The notes beneath the pieces are model-generated. The model did not search any database. It was given only the letters and a program-made list of their open reading frames with translations, and had not been told where the DNA came from. From positions 21,700,001 through 21,764,000 of the forward strand of contig CM075987.1 of the NCBI GenBank assembly GCA_038087875.1: DNA of 64,000 nucleotides. Direction: 5' to 3'. Numbering within the stretch: position 1 is the first letter of the stretch; each line of letters starts with the position of its first letter. The translations under genes were made by a program, and so were the position numbers. Source of the stretch: Malacoraja senta (Eukaryota). Positions 26,101-38,400 of the stretch are shown here, in pieces.

Positions 26101-27269
26101 ATAGATTTATATGCACGCCCTAATGGAAATGCAGCCTGACCAGGCAGTATCACCGTATTGCTTGTTTTTGTTTAAGAACAACAGAAACAGTTGAACATGA
26201 ACACTTCCTTCTATTCAGTCCATTTATAAACTCATCTAATCAAACTGATATATTTGTGCTCCAAGTATTGTTCCCCAATTTTCCTACCAAAGTGCCCTAC
26301 ATCACATTTACACAGTTTATATAGCAACTGTCACCACCTTGCTCAATTGCTTAATCTGTGTCTATATCCTGATGGTTCACTTTCTAACCATAGTCTGCAT
26401 CAAAGCCAAGTTGGATAAACTGCTGACGGCCAAGAACTGGTCCCTCTAAAAATATTTTGAAAGGAACTTGATTCTGATTCCCACATTCTCGTGAAACTTA
26501 GAGGGGGCCTTCTTTCCCGCGCTCCTTTTAAATTGACCAGTTCCACTGTCACATCTAAAACAAAATTAAGTGTGTAAATTAATAATTGAAAGTCGTCTGG
26601 CCTAGCGTCACCGAAATGCCGGATTTCGGATTAACTGAGTTTAATGTGATGTTTAAAACATTAGCAATTTTACATTCTCTACAAAAAAAAACCGAGGTGT
26701 TGTTTCTATGGACGCGCGTTTGACGCTGCTTTGCCGTCGTTTCATCAGCGGAGAATTTAAGTCGTCACGATCAAGGCAACTGAGTAAACCAGCCAGACAG
26801 TTTTGATTGTTAATACTGGAGAATCAAAATTCTAACATATTACCAGACAGTTGTTGCAGAGCCCGCTGATCCTTTAACGTCAGGTAACCGTATTAACAAA
26901 AGTCGCGCAATCGATTTCACGTAAGAAGACTGGTGTTTATCCAGGTGTAGGAGCGGATCCTCGGGTCATCCCATTCCCCATCACCGGCAACCACGAGTTA
27001 AGAGCGTAACCCAAATGTTTCATTGGCAAGACCAGGGTGATGAAAATGTGCAGCATTTTCCCCTCAAAGTGGTTCACAAGAATAATTGATGTTTAAGAAG
27101 GAACTGCAGATGCTGGAAAATTTTGTCTACAAGAATAATTGATGTGGTTTTCTGATGCAGATTTTCGATTCGAAATGTCGATAATTCGTTCCAACGCTGA
27201 TGATGCCCAACCTGCAGAGTGCCTCCAGTAGTAAAATGGTCGGAGAGAGAACTTCTTCAGAGAATGCTT

Positions 27270-27970
27270 CTAGTGGATGCTTGAAGAAGGGTCCCGACTC
27301 GAAACGTCACATATCCACGTTCTCCAGAGATGCTGCCTGACAGCTGTTACTCCAACACATGGCGTCCTTTAATGTAAACCAACATCTGCAGTTCCTTGTT
27401 TCTACTTTTCGTAGATCGTTGCGCAAGAATAATTGTTGACATTACCATCAATGCCCAGAAACCGAAAAATAAATAAATATCAACGTCATTTAAGTTGTAA
27501 TTAATGATTTAATTTATGATCAAAAAACAGCACTGACAAGTCATCTTCATAAAGATAGACACAAAAAGCTGGAGTAACTCAGCGGGTAGGCAGCATCTCT
27601 GGAGAGAAGGAATGGGTGACGTTTCGGATCGAGACCCTTCTTCAAGCGTCCTGGAAGCAGACACAAAATGCTGGAGTAACTCAGCGGATCAGGCAACATC
27701 TCTGGAGGGAAGGAAAAGGGTGACGTTTCGGGTCGATTCCTTCTCTCCAGAGATGGTGCCTGACCCGCTGAGTTGCTCCAGCATTTTGTGTCTACCTTCG
27801 ATTTAAACCAGCATCTGCAGTTCTTTCCTACACATCCACTGGAAGCATTATCTTTGAATAAGTTCTCTCTCCGACTATTTTACTACTGGAGGCACTCAGC
27901 GGGAAAACGTCGTCCATTCCTTCTCTCCAGAGATACTGCCTGCCCCGCTGAGTTACTCCAGCTTTTTGTG
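27270..27970. mobile_element. Cluster of Penelope-type terminal-repeat fragments in alternating orientation upstream of ENDOG
   Basis: Several copies of cacaaaatgctggagtaactcagcgg..gcagcatctctggag..gtgacgtttcgg and of its reverse complement. Confidence 0.75.
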
Positions 27971-28044
27971 ACTATCTTCCTTGCTTTGATATGGGTTTGA
28001 TTTGGACACATTGGGGCGTCACTTGCGTCGGTTACACTTGTATC

Positions 28045-28061
28045 GGGCGGCGCGCATGCGC
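28045..28061 (+). promoter_or_regulatory. GC box plus NRF1-type palindrome upstream of ENDOG copy 2
   Basis: GGGCGG followed by GCGCATGCGC (28052-28061) in CpG-rich sequence. Confidence 0.5.
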
Positions 28062-28116
28062 CAGGCGTGTGACATTGACACAGTCCCATTCACAGAAAAA
28101 GTTGCAAGGTTCTAGA

Positions 28117-30913
28117 ATGCGCCGCGCACTGAGCTCACGGTGGCTGTTGGCGGGAGTCTCCTTGGCTGCAGGGGCCGGTTTGGGGGTGGGATACGGAGCC
28201 CACCGGCACCAAGATGCTTCCGACTCCTTCCTTCATTGCCCCGTGATCCCTATCCAGTCTGTAACCGCGGATGCCGTTGCCAACGAGTCCTTGGTGCCGG
28301 TCAGTCCGGCACAGCTGACCCTCGGCAAGACGACCGAAATCATGAAATTCGGTTTCCCTTCTCTGTCCCACATCAAGACCCGCGAATCATACGTGTTGGC
28401 GTATGACCCACGCACCAGGAACGCCCTGTGGGTGCTGGAGCGATTGGACGCGGGCAGACTGGGCCTGACTGGCTCCGACCGCAATCGTTGTGTATTTAGG
28501 GAGGATGAGTCTGTGCATGAATACCACCGATCACAGAACAGCGACTTCAAAGGTAGCGGTTTCGACCGGGGTCACTTGGCAGCAGCCGCTAATCATAAGC
28601 ACAGCCAGAAATGCATGGATGATACCTTCTACCTCAGCAACATGGTGCCTCAGGTAACCAGTAGGGAAGCATAACATTCCAGATCCTATAAATTCGAAAC
28701 ACAGACAGAAAGCTGGAAATGCTTAGCAGGTCGAGAGATATCAATGGGGTAAGGACACACAGGGAAGGTTTGGAGATTTAGAACTTCATCAGAACCGGAA
28801 TGCTGAGAAGGCGAAGTTGCAAAAACAGGAAGTGGAGAGAGAATCGTGGGAATGTTTGTGATAGGGTGCAGATCCAAGTTGCCAATTATTTAAAAAACAA
28901 TATGTTTAAGAGATAATTGAAACAAATGTACTGCTGCATTTCGAGCGGAACAGTATATGATAGGAGCATCCCACAATGTCTGTGCCAAACATGATGCCAA
29001 GTTAAACAAATCTCCTCTCCCTTCATTCCCTGCATTTCCGCGTACATATCTAAAAGCCTAAAAAATGCCACTATCACATCTGCCTCAAACACCATACCTG
29101 ACACTGTGTTCTAGGCACCCACCACACTCTTGAGTTTAAAATAACTTGCCCTGTACCAAAGGACCCCTTTCCATGATTTATTGTTGATTATTTTTTTCAT
29201 TCTGAAATAAGGTAAATTTATGATAAAATCATAGCTTTTTATGGTTGAAAACCAAGCTGCTTTGAGAAGGACATACATACAGTCTGAAGCATAACATTCC
29301 TTCAGTTTTGAGGGGAAGAAGTGAAACATAGTTAGATTCAGTTGGGATATGTTTATAGAACATGCAGTCTGGACCAACAATTGAATTTATTTTCATTTTG
29401 GTAACTTAAACACATTTTACTATCTATATACTGTCCTTTTCTGTGCTAGTCTTAGATTTACTTCATTTCTTCCCTTTAGAATCCTGATTTAAATAAGAAT
29501 GCCTGGAACAATCTGGAGAAGTATTGTCGGAGTCTGACCAAGTCCAATACAAATGTGCACGTCTGCACGGGACCCCTTTATTTGCCGAGGTATGACTCTG
29601 ACCCTTCCGTTGGGTTACTTACAATAGCAGATGTGAAAGTATTGCTTTTGAGGAAGATCTCGTAGCAAGTACCCAGTTGGTGTTAGTTGATCGCAGACAG
29701 AGCAACGCATGGCTTTACAGCTTGGGGAAGGTTCCCTGCTCTTCCTTACATTCGAGTCTTTCTGGAGAATGTGAACAGGATAGATTCTGCCCCAATGCCT
29801 TTGTTCACCAAATAGCTTTATAGATTGTTGAGATTCATATATTGAACTCGGGTGAGTTAAGGGAAGGTTGCCATCTTTGGTTAACTGATGTGAAAAGATG
29901 AGGAGACGGAGAAAGGGAATGAGCGTGACAAGAATAGAACAACAGTACACTACCAAATTCATATCTACCCTCCTCCCGAATTCTGCAGCTCTTGCTCTGG
30001 GACCCATCACAGGGTTGACGAAGAATGAGTGGGGGGGAGGGAGGTCTTGCAATCTTAATGGAGTCTTGGGAGCTGGTTACTATTAGACACCAAGTACAAG
30101 ATATATATGGAAATGGCAAATGAGCAATATTGCACTTTCAAAAAAACACCAGGTACAGTAAAAAGGAATTCATATAAAGTCTAAAAGAGGTTGCTCCCCC
30201 TCAAATGTATTACCTACTTAAAACACAGAGAGCAGAAGGGCCTGTTTCTATACAGCACAAATCTGAGTAAGTTAAGTTTCCATGTCAATTCAGGTGATAA
30301 ATACTACATCACTAATGTGCTCCCTCTTGGCTGAGACATCAAACTGATGCTCTGTCTATCTTATTAATTTGGAGTAAACAATCCTGTGTCACTGCCGCAA
30401 GGAAGAGCAAGGAAATTCTTCTTGGCCAATATTTATCCTCAAAACAACACTAAGACAGGTTGTCTTGTTGCTTAAAAAAACTTACTGTGTGTATATTGGT
30501 TACAACACTTTTTGCATTCCAACTTATATACTCCCTTAGCACTTTGCCTGTAAAAACACTTTAGGACTTCCTGAGGCCATCTAAATCTAAATTATTTTAA
30601 AATTGAGTTATTTGGTTATATTTTGATCAGGAAGGAATCAGATGGGAAGTTGTATGTTAAGTATCAAGTCATCGGGAAGAATAACGTTGCAGTTCCAACA
30701 CACATCTTTAAAGTGGTGATACTGGAGAAACACAGCGGAGAAATCGAATTGCAGTCGTATGTGATGCCAAATCTGCCAGTTTTGGATAACATTCCCCTTG
30801 AACGTTTCCTGGTGCCAATCGAGAGCATTGAGCGGGCATCTGGCCTTCTGTTTGTCAGCAACATTCTGAAAAGAACCAATAGCCTGAAAGCGATAACTGC
30901 CAGTAGCAAATAA
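28117..30913 (+). CDS. ENDOG: Endonuclease G, mitochondrial (copy 2, in the expected position downstream of TBC1D13); exons 28117-28653, 29480-29589, 30631-30913; 309 aa
   Basis: Same exon structure and DRGH motif as copy 1. It differs by one amino acid (HRSQN vs HRAQN) and two silent changes that I could see. Confidence 0.95.
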
Positions 30914-33721
30914 ATGGCAGGATGGACAATGACTGAGGTAGGAAATTATCAGGACAGGGGATAAAGATTTGTTCCTGAACAAATTGTACCGCTTCATTTT
31001 ATGGCTTGAATAAGTAACGTTTATCCTTAATTTCCAAATTACTTTATGTAGCTATACCTTGTTTGAATATGTTATGCTCCATTCTTAATACTATGTTATT
31101 TGTTTATTTGAGATTATTATTACATTCAAAACTGCAAAGAAAGCTCAATTAAATTATTGGAATATTCTGTTTTTTTCTCAACCAAAATGTTATTCTAGGC
31201 ATTATTCTGGCTTTCAGTGATCATATGGGATGGTTCCTTTTCTTTAATTATCATTGTGGCCATTGGGGCCAGCATTTATTCACCATTTAGACATGTGAAA
31301 GAATAATGGTGGGCCTACTGTTTGTACCATCACTACTCCTATGGTGGAGGTGTTACTACAGTGATACCCGATTTATAGCCTGATATATATCTGAGGCTTC
31401 TTTAGCAATCCTCCCTAAGCCTGCGATCCTCGCCACTTAGTGGAAGGTAAAACAAATGCTTGGCTTTACGATCCCAGTGTATCTGGGAATCTGATGCTTC
31501 TTTGATTACCTTTTGAAACACCATGTCATCAAAACTAGTTATTTATGGAGTGCATTGATGCTAGAGCAGCGGGACAGGCAGCACCTCTGGAGAGAAGGAA
31601 TGGGTGACGTTTCGAGTCGAGAACCTTCCTCAGACTGAGAGGGAGACACAGAGATAAGGTAGTGCAAGGTGTGAAAATGAGACATCAAAGGGGATGTAGA
31701 CTAAGGAAAATGTAGAATCGATCATTGTTAACTAGGAGAAATGGTGACAACGAAGCATACAGAGATAAAATTTAATCAGGGGACCAGTCAGACTGGTTGG
31801 AGAACCAGGAAGGGGGAGGGATAGAAAGAGGAAAAGCAAGGGTTACTTGAAGTTAAAGAAGTCAATATTCATACCGCTGGGGAGTATGCTGCCCAAGTGA
31901 AATATGAGATGCTGTTCTTCCAATTTGCGCTGGGCCTAGTTGGTATTGGGTTGTCTTGGCTTGAGTTATTAGCAGTAATTTCCAATCAATCCCTGTCAAA
32001 ATGTGATTGATGGGGTGAGGAGTGAGAGTTGCTGTGGTTTATCCAAATTAATTGATGTAAGTTTGAAAAAGGCAGTATGCTGCATGAGTACATTATTCTC
32101 TTTTCTCAAATTATTTTCCAAATGATTAATCTACTTTTAATTCCCCCACCAGACAGTACTCAGATAATATTGCGTGGAAATGAACAGCTAATTTCACAAT
32201 TTTGAGAATATACAATACATTTCAAATTTGTAGTAGTGTGACTCATAGTTTTACGTTTAAGGCAAGACTTCAAATCAAATCTCCCATTCCGATCTTGAGT
32301 GTTGAAAAAAATCCCATTATTCTATTTGAAGAATAATGAGAGTTCATCATGCAACCCCCCCCCCATTTTGTAAAATAAAACTGCTTGATTAACTTCTCTG
32401 TTTGTGGTGCTTGAAATGTCTCAAATTCAAATGTACTTTTTTCCATCTCATTTTGATCAGTCTTTCATAGGACACTGAAACATTATGCAGTGTTTTACTC
32501 CCCAAAATCAATACATTTGTGTGATGAAAGAAGGCACTGTAAAGTATTTAAACATTTGTTATTGATCACTATGCATTTATTTACTCATAATTCTGGTCTG
32601 CAGTCCTAACCAGTGGTTCAAAAATCAGACCACGGGGGCTCTGTTTTGGACCCAGATATGTCTGCTACTTACATAGGAATTTGAATCCATTGGCCCTTGG
32701 AACTTCCTCCATTGCTCATTGCTGCCATTCTGGATACTCTATCTTGACCGTACCATCCTGCTCATCTGCACAAGATTTTTTTAAAGTATAATTGAGATCC
32801 CTTTTAATTCTTCTGAACTCTAGACAACACCAGCCTCGTCTACAGTCTCACCTGATCTCCCATCCCACAAGCCAAGATAGTAGTAGATCTTTATTACGCT
32901 CCCTCCATGGCAAATCACGTCCATTTTTGGATAATGAAAACAAATTTGTGTGCACAGTACTGATGATGATGGAGCTACTCTGTTGATGTTGAAGTTGCAA
33001 CTTGGTGAAGGTAAATCCATTGATCTCTTGATGGGCAAATTTACATTGCCATTTTGTAAGGAACAGTCTGGCCACTGGGACGAGACAGTTGAAATAGATT
33101 CCTGCAATGAATCCTTACCTGGCTCCAGGAAGGATGTCATTAACTGGATAGAGTGCTAAACAATATTTACCAGGATATTACCATGCTTGGTGGATTTGAA
33201 TTTTAAGGAGAGATTGGATATGCTGTGGCTTTTCTCCCTAGTACGTTTGGAGTTTGAGGGGTGACTTATACTGTAGGTTTATAAAAATAGTGAGGGATAC
33301 AGATAAATTGAATGGCTCCTCAGCAAAGGAGAGTCTAAAACTAGAAGGCATAAGTATAAGGGAAGAAGGGAGGATTTAAATGGGACAAAAGAGGCAACTT
33401 TTTCAGGCAGAAGGTGGTGCAACCAGAATCGTACAGTGTACTACAAATATGGCCATACCAACTTCTTGTACAGCTGGATGATGATGACAGCCCAACTCTT
33501 CCTCTCAGTACTCTGAGTGAGTAAGGCAAGTGTGCCGAAGACCTTATTCACCACCCAGCCAGCATCATCTGAGTCCCACACCAGCATGGCCACACACTCA
33601 TTTCACTCCTGCCATTGGGAAAAAGATATAGGAGCCTGAAAACTGTAACAAGCAGGTTCCGGAACAGCTTCTTCCCCACAGCCATCAGGCTATTAAACCT
33701 CAACCAAATATGCTCTGAACT

Positions 33722-34572
33722 AGGTTCACAAAAAAACTCAGCGGGTGCAGCAGCATCTATGGAGCGAAGGAATTAGGCAACGTTTCGGGCCGAAACCCTT
33801 CTTCAGACTGATGGGGGGTGGGGAGAAGAAAGGAAAAAGACGGAGGAGGAGCCCGAGGGCTGAGGGATGGGAGGAGACAGCCCGAGGGCTGAGGAAGGGG
33901 AGGAGACAGCAAGAGCTAGCAAAATTGGGAGAATTCAATGTTCATGCCCCCAGGATGCAGACTCCCCAAGCAGAATATAAGGTGCTGTTCCTCCAATTTC
34001 CGGTGTTGCTCGCTCTGGCCATGGAGGAGACCCAGGACAGAGAGGTCGGATACGGAATGGGAGGGGGAGTTGAAGTGCTGAGCCACCGGGAGGTCAGGTT
34101 GGTTATTGCGGACCGAGCGGAGGTGTTCGGCGAAACGATCGCCAAGCCTCCGCCTGGTCTCACTGATGTAGATCAGCTGACATCTAGAGCAGCGGATGCA
34201 ATAGATGAGGTTGGAGGAGATGAAGGTGAACCTCTGTCGCACCTGGAACGACTGCCTGGGTCCTTGAATGGAGTCGAGGGGGGAGGTGAAGGGACAAGTG
34301 TTGCATCTCTTGCGGTTGCAAGGGAAAGTGCCCGGGGAGGGGTGATACGGGAGGGAAGGGAAGAATCAACAAGGGAGTTATGGAGGGAGCGGTCTTTGCG
34401 GAAGGCAGACATGGGGGGGGAGATGGGAAGATGTGGCGGGTGGTGGGGTCACGTTGGAGGTGGCGAAACTGACGGAGGATTACTTGTATGTGACGGCTGG
34501 TGGGGTGAAAGGTGAGGACTAGGGGGACTCTGCCCTTGTTGCGAGTGGGGGGATGGGGAGAGAGAGCAGTGT
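33722..34572 (-). mobile_element. Penelope-like retroelement, GIY-YIG 3' region plus terminal repeat
   Basis: ORF 33916-34242(-) reads NLIYCIRCSRCQLIYISETRRRLGDRFAEH.... Upstream frameshifted remnants read RVPLVLTFHP..ILRQFRHLQRDP and SAFRKDRSLHNSLV. Confidence 0.85.
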
Positions 34573-34622
34573 TGCTCTGAACTAGACTTGGGGGGCATCG
34601 GTTTAGTCTTTTTGCATTATTA

Positions 34623-34828
34623 NNNNNNNNNNNNNNNNNNNNNNNNNNNNNNNNNNNNNNNNNNNNNNNNNNNNNNNNNNNNNNNNNNNNNNNNNNNNNN
34701 NNNNNNNNNNNNNNNNNNNNNNNNNNNNNNNNNNNNNNNNNNNNNNNNNNNNNNNNNNNNNNNNNNNNNNNNNNNNNNNNNNNNNNNNNNNNNNNNNNNN
34801 NNNNNNNNNNNNNNNNNNNNNNNNNNNN
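34623..34828. other. Assembly gap (206 N)
   Basis: Run of N. Confidence 1.
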
Positions 34829-34949
34829 TATACGCACTGAACTTTTGTTCTCGTTCATTACATTGTTTACACTACAACGTTTACATATTTTGTTGTGCTA
34901 CTGCGAGTCAGAATGTCATTCTTCTGTCTGGGACATATGACAATAAAAC

Positions 34950-35047
34950 GTCATCTGAAGAAGGGTTTCGGCCCGAAACGTTACCTATTTCCTTCGCTCC
35001 ATAGATGCTGCTGCACCCGCTGAGTTTCTCCAGCATTTTTGTGTACC
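34950..35047 (+). mobile_element. Solo 98-bp Penelope-derived unit with a 12-bp target-site duplication
   Basis: TGACAATAAAAC at 34938-34949 and 35048-35059 flanks a unit containing CTGAAGAAGGGTTTCGGCCCGAAACGTT. Confidence 0.75.
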
Positions 35048-35134
35048 TGACAATAAAACACTCTTGACTCTTCATTTCCCTGCACCTTTTTGAACACAAG
35101 GCGGCAACTTGTCCATTCTCCAGCTAGGCTGTCA

Positions 35135-35430
35135 TTGTGGGGCGCGGCTTGCTAGGCCTCGTCGGCGACCAATGGCAGCGCCTCTTGGTGAGTCTTGACG
35201 ACCGAGGGGAAGCCGAGATGGCCGGCGAGCAGCGGCCGCCGACGCGGTGGAAGGGGAAGCATGTGAGTCCCTCCATGGCAATCGTTAGATGTAGAGAAGG
35301 AAAATTCAAAGCGTGTGTGTGGGGGGTTAGGAGTTCGCTCAATCGCCCACGGGCTTTTGGCGGCTCCCGCGACCGCGCTGTGAGGCAGCAAGGGCCCAGC
35401 GGCCGGCGGGTATTGCTGGGCACTCGTTGA
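35135..35430 (+). promoter_or_regulatory. CpG-rich promoter and first-exon region of SPOUT1
   Basis: High GC and CpG density; CCAAT at 35169-35173; ATG at 35218. Confidence 0.6.
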
Positions 35431-38400
35431 TTTAATTTAAACCGCTGTGTCGCTTCCACATTAAGAATAAACGACGGCAGTGTAAGTAATCTGTCCAATT
35501 TCGGTAGAAGGAACGGAGAGGTGCAAATAAAGTTTTAAATGGTGTTTTCCCGCTAGGTTAATTGGAATCGTACAGCATGGAGGCAGACCCTTCGGCCTAA
35601 CTCGTCCGTGCCGCCCACGTTGTTATTTGAGCTACTCCATTTATCCCCGTTTGATCTTTCCCATACATGTACCTGTCCAAATGCCTTATGATTGTACTCG
35701 CCTCTGGCAGCCCGTTCTGTTTTCCTACCACCCTGTGTGGAAAACGTGGATTTCCTTTAAGTCTTCCCCTCTCACTTTATATCTATACCCTTTAGACTCC
35801 CCTGCCCTGAGAAGAAGACAGTGACCATTCACCTCATCTATGCCTCTCATGATTTTATATACCTCAAAATAATCTCCCTTAAGTCTCCTTCACTCTAGCG
35901 GGAAAAAAAGTTTGTAACTTAACCCTTTCAGTCCCAGGAACATCTTTGAGAATAATTTCTGTACACTTTTCAACTAATTACAAACTACAACTAGGTAATT
36001 ATAATTATACACAATATTCCAAGTGCAGTCTCACTGATGTCTTGATTTGGTTCTTTACATCTTGTAAAGCATGTAACTTGATGTCCCAACTCCTGGGTCT
36101 CAACCTGAAACGTCACCCATTCCTTCTCTCCAGAGATGCTGCCTGTCCTGTTACTTCAGCTTTTTGTGTCTATTTCCTGTACTCTATGATAAACACAAAA
36201 TGCTGGAGTAACTCAGCAGGAGAGGCAGCATCTCTGGAGAGAAATGAGTGACGTTTTGGGCCAAAACGTCACCCATTCCATCTCTCCAGAGATGCTGCCT
36301 GTCCCGCAGAGTTACTCCAGCATTTTGTGTCTACCTTTGGTTTAAACCAGCATCTGCAGTTCCTTCCTACACATCTGTTTAGTCTATGCCCTGAACAATG
36401 AAGGTAAGTATGGCAAATGTTCCTTCACCCACTTTATTTACCCGTGTTGCCATTTTGGAGGAACTGTGTACCTGTACCCATTGATCTCTCGGTTCAATAA
36501 CACTGCAAATCTTTGCCTGATTTAACTTCCTAAAATACAACACTTTGCACATCCATGTTATATTCCATCTGGCATTCTTTGGCCCACCTTTCAAGTTAAA
36601 ATTGATCCTGTGGTAATCTTACATAACTTTCACTGTTCACTATACCACCAATTTTGGTGTCATCTGCAAATTGACTAATTCTGCCAACTATATTCTCATC
36701 CAAAGCATTAATATACTTGACAAACAACAGTGGACCCAGCACCAATAAAGGCACGACATTAGCTTTTTGGTCTAGAGATTCATGCAGTATTCTGGTCCCT
36801 CGCCTGTTGCTAACAGGAAAAACATAAAAGTGCTGGAAGAACTCAGCAGGTCAGGCAGCATCTGTGGAGGGATTGGGCAAGCAACTTTTCGGGTTAGGAT
36901 CCTTCTTCAGACTTGAGTCTGAATAGCCTTTTGCTACTTATTATGTGCACATAAACTGATCCTTTACAGCGAATAACCTCATTGCTAATAGCATGTAACG
37001 TACAACCGGTGCTTGCGCTTGAAGAGATATATACTTTAAAAGTATTTATTGGAGCAGAGCATACGTAAGATTTTTCAGGTCCTTCATAAGGTAATTGCTA
37101 AACGGATGTTTTCCCCAGAAGGAAATCTAAAACAAGGAGGTGCATTTTCAGCATAAAATGGATGAGGGAACTTTGGACGAGGGAACTTTCTGTCAGTTGT
37201 GAATCTTTGAAGAACTTTATTCCAGGGAGCTGTGGAGTTGGATTCATTGAATATTATCAAGGCTGAGATAGGTTTTGGTCAAAGAGATAGCTAATATTTT
37301 TGAGAAAGTGGAACCACAATTAGATCAGTCACAAACTTATTTGATGTTGCAACAGGCCCAAGGTACCACCTAGCCTCTGCCTTTTTCTTGTTCTTATCTG
37401 ACTAGAATTTTTTCTGCATAAAAAGTGGAAGCATATCTTCCACAGATAACGAATATCAATAGCATGCACCTTTTTGTGAGTTTCATTGATCAACACACAT
37501 GGTGTATGTGTTTATATAATTTATTGACTTGGTGTTCTCTCAGGGTGAAATGACCGGACCTGACTGGAAGAAATCAAAAGACGCCAGTGAGTATTGAATT
37601 TTTACTTTATTAATATTCCATTTTATTTCCCTCTTACGTTTTCTTTTACTGATTATCCTGGGTTTCCTGTTGCCATGGGGATGGAATAGTTACTGACAGT
37701 GATTTCTGTATAGTTCCTATTTACTCTATGTGTAAATATTATTGATGCCATTTGCAAGTGAAGAACCCAGCCAATTCCTTTTTTTTTTTTTTTAATTAAT
37801 ATTTTTTTATTGGAGATGCGTACACAACCTAGTTACATCATTACAGTCTTACAGTCTTACATTTTTAAATTGATAATATTGTTAAATATTATTACAATGT
37901 CTCCAATACTTTTTGCTTTTTTTTTTTTATGAACCCAGCCAATTCCTAACGGTTAGGGGAGAAAAAGTAGAAGGGATTGGCCCCTCGGGCTGCTCTTATG
38001 CACAAGATACTGTTCCTAAAGAGGCATTGGAAAATTATAGAATCTGAGTTGGAATAGCTTATTAGTTCTTCAGCTTTAAGAAATACATACACCTTAATTA
38101 CTTGACCTTCACTGCCTTCACCCTCTGGGTGAAGAAGTTTCTCCTATCTAAGTTCTGAAGAGTATATCTCGGGTTCTAGAATCACCACCATTAGTAACAT
38201 CCTCCCTGTATCTAGTTTATCTTGCCCGGTTAGAAGTTTATAGGGTTTTATAATATGTATTCTCATTCTTCCATAATCCTTTGAATAGGCTCACTGACTT
38301 GATCTCCCCTCATGAATCTGACTCGCTGTCCCAGGAATCAGTCTAGACCAGTAGACAAAGTACAAATTCTTAAGACCATACAAAGCTTTAATTTAACGTC

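Noticed and set aside
27550-27970. CRISPR-like or tRNA interpretation of the recurring short repeats
   Set aside because: There is no regular repeat-spacer period; these are Penelope terminal repeats. The tRNA-like heads elsewhere belong to SINEs, not tRNA genes.
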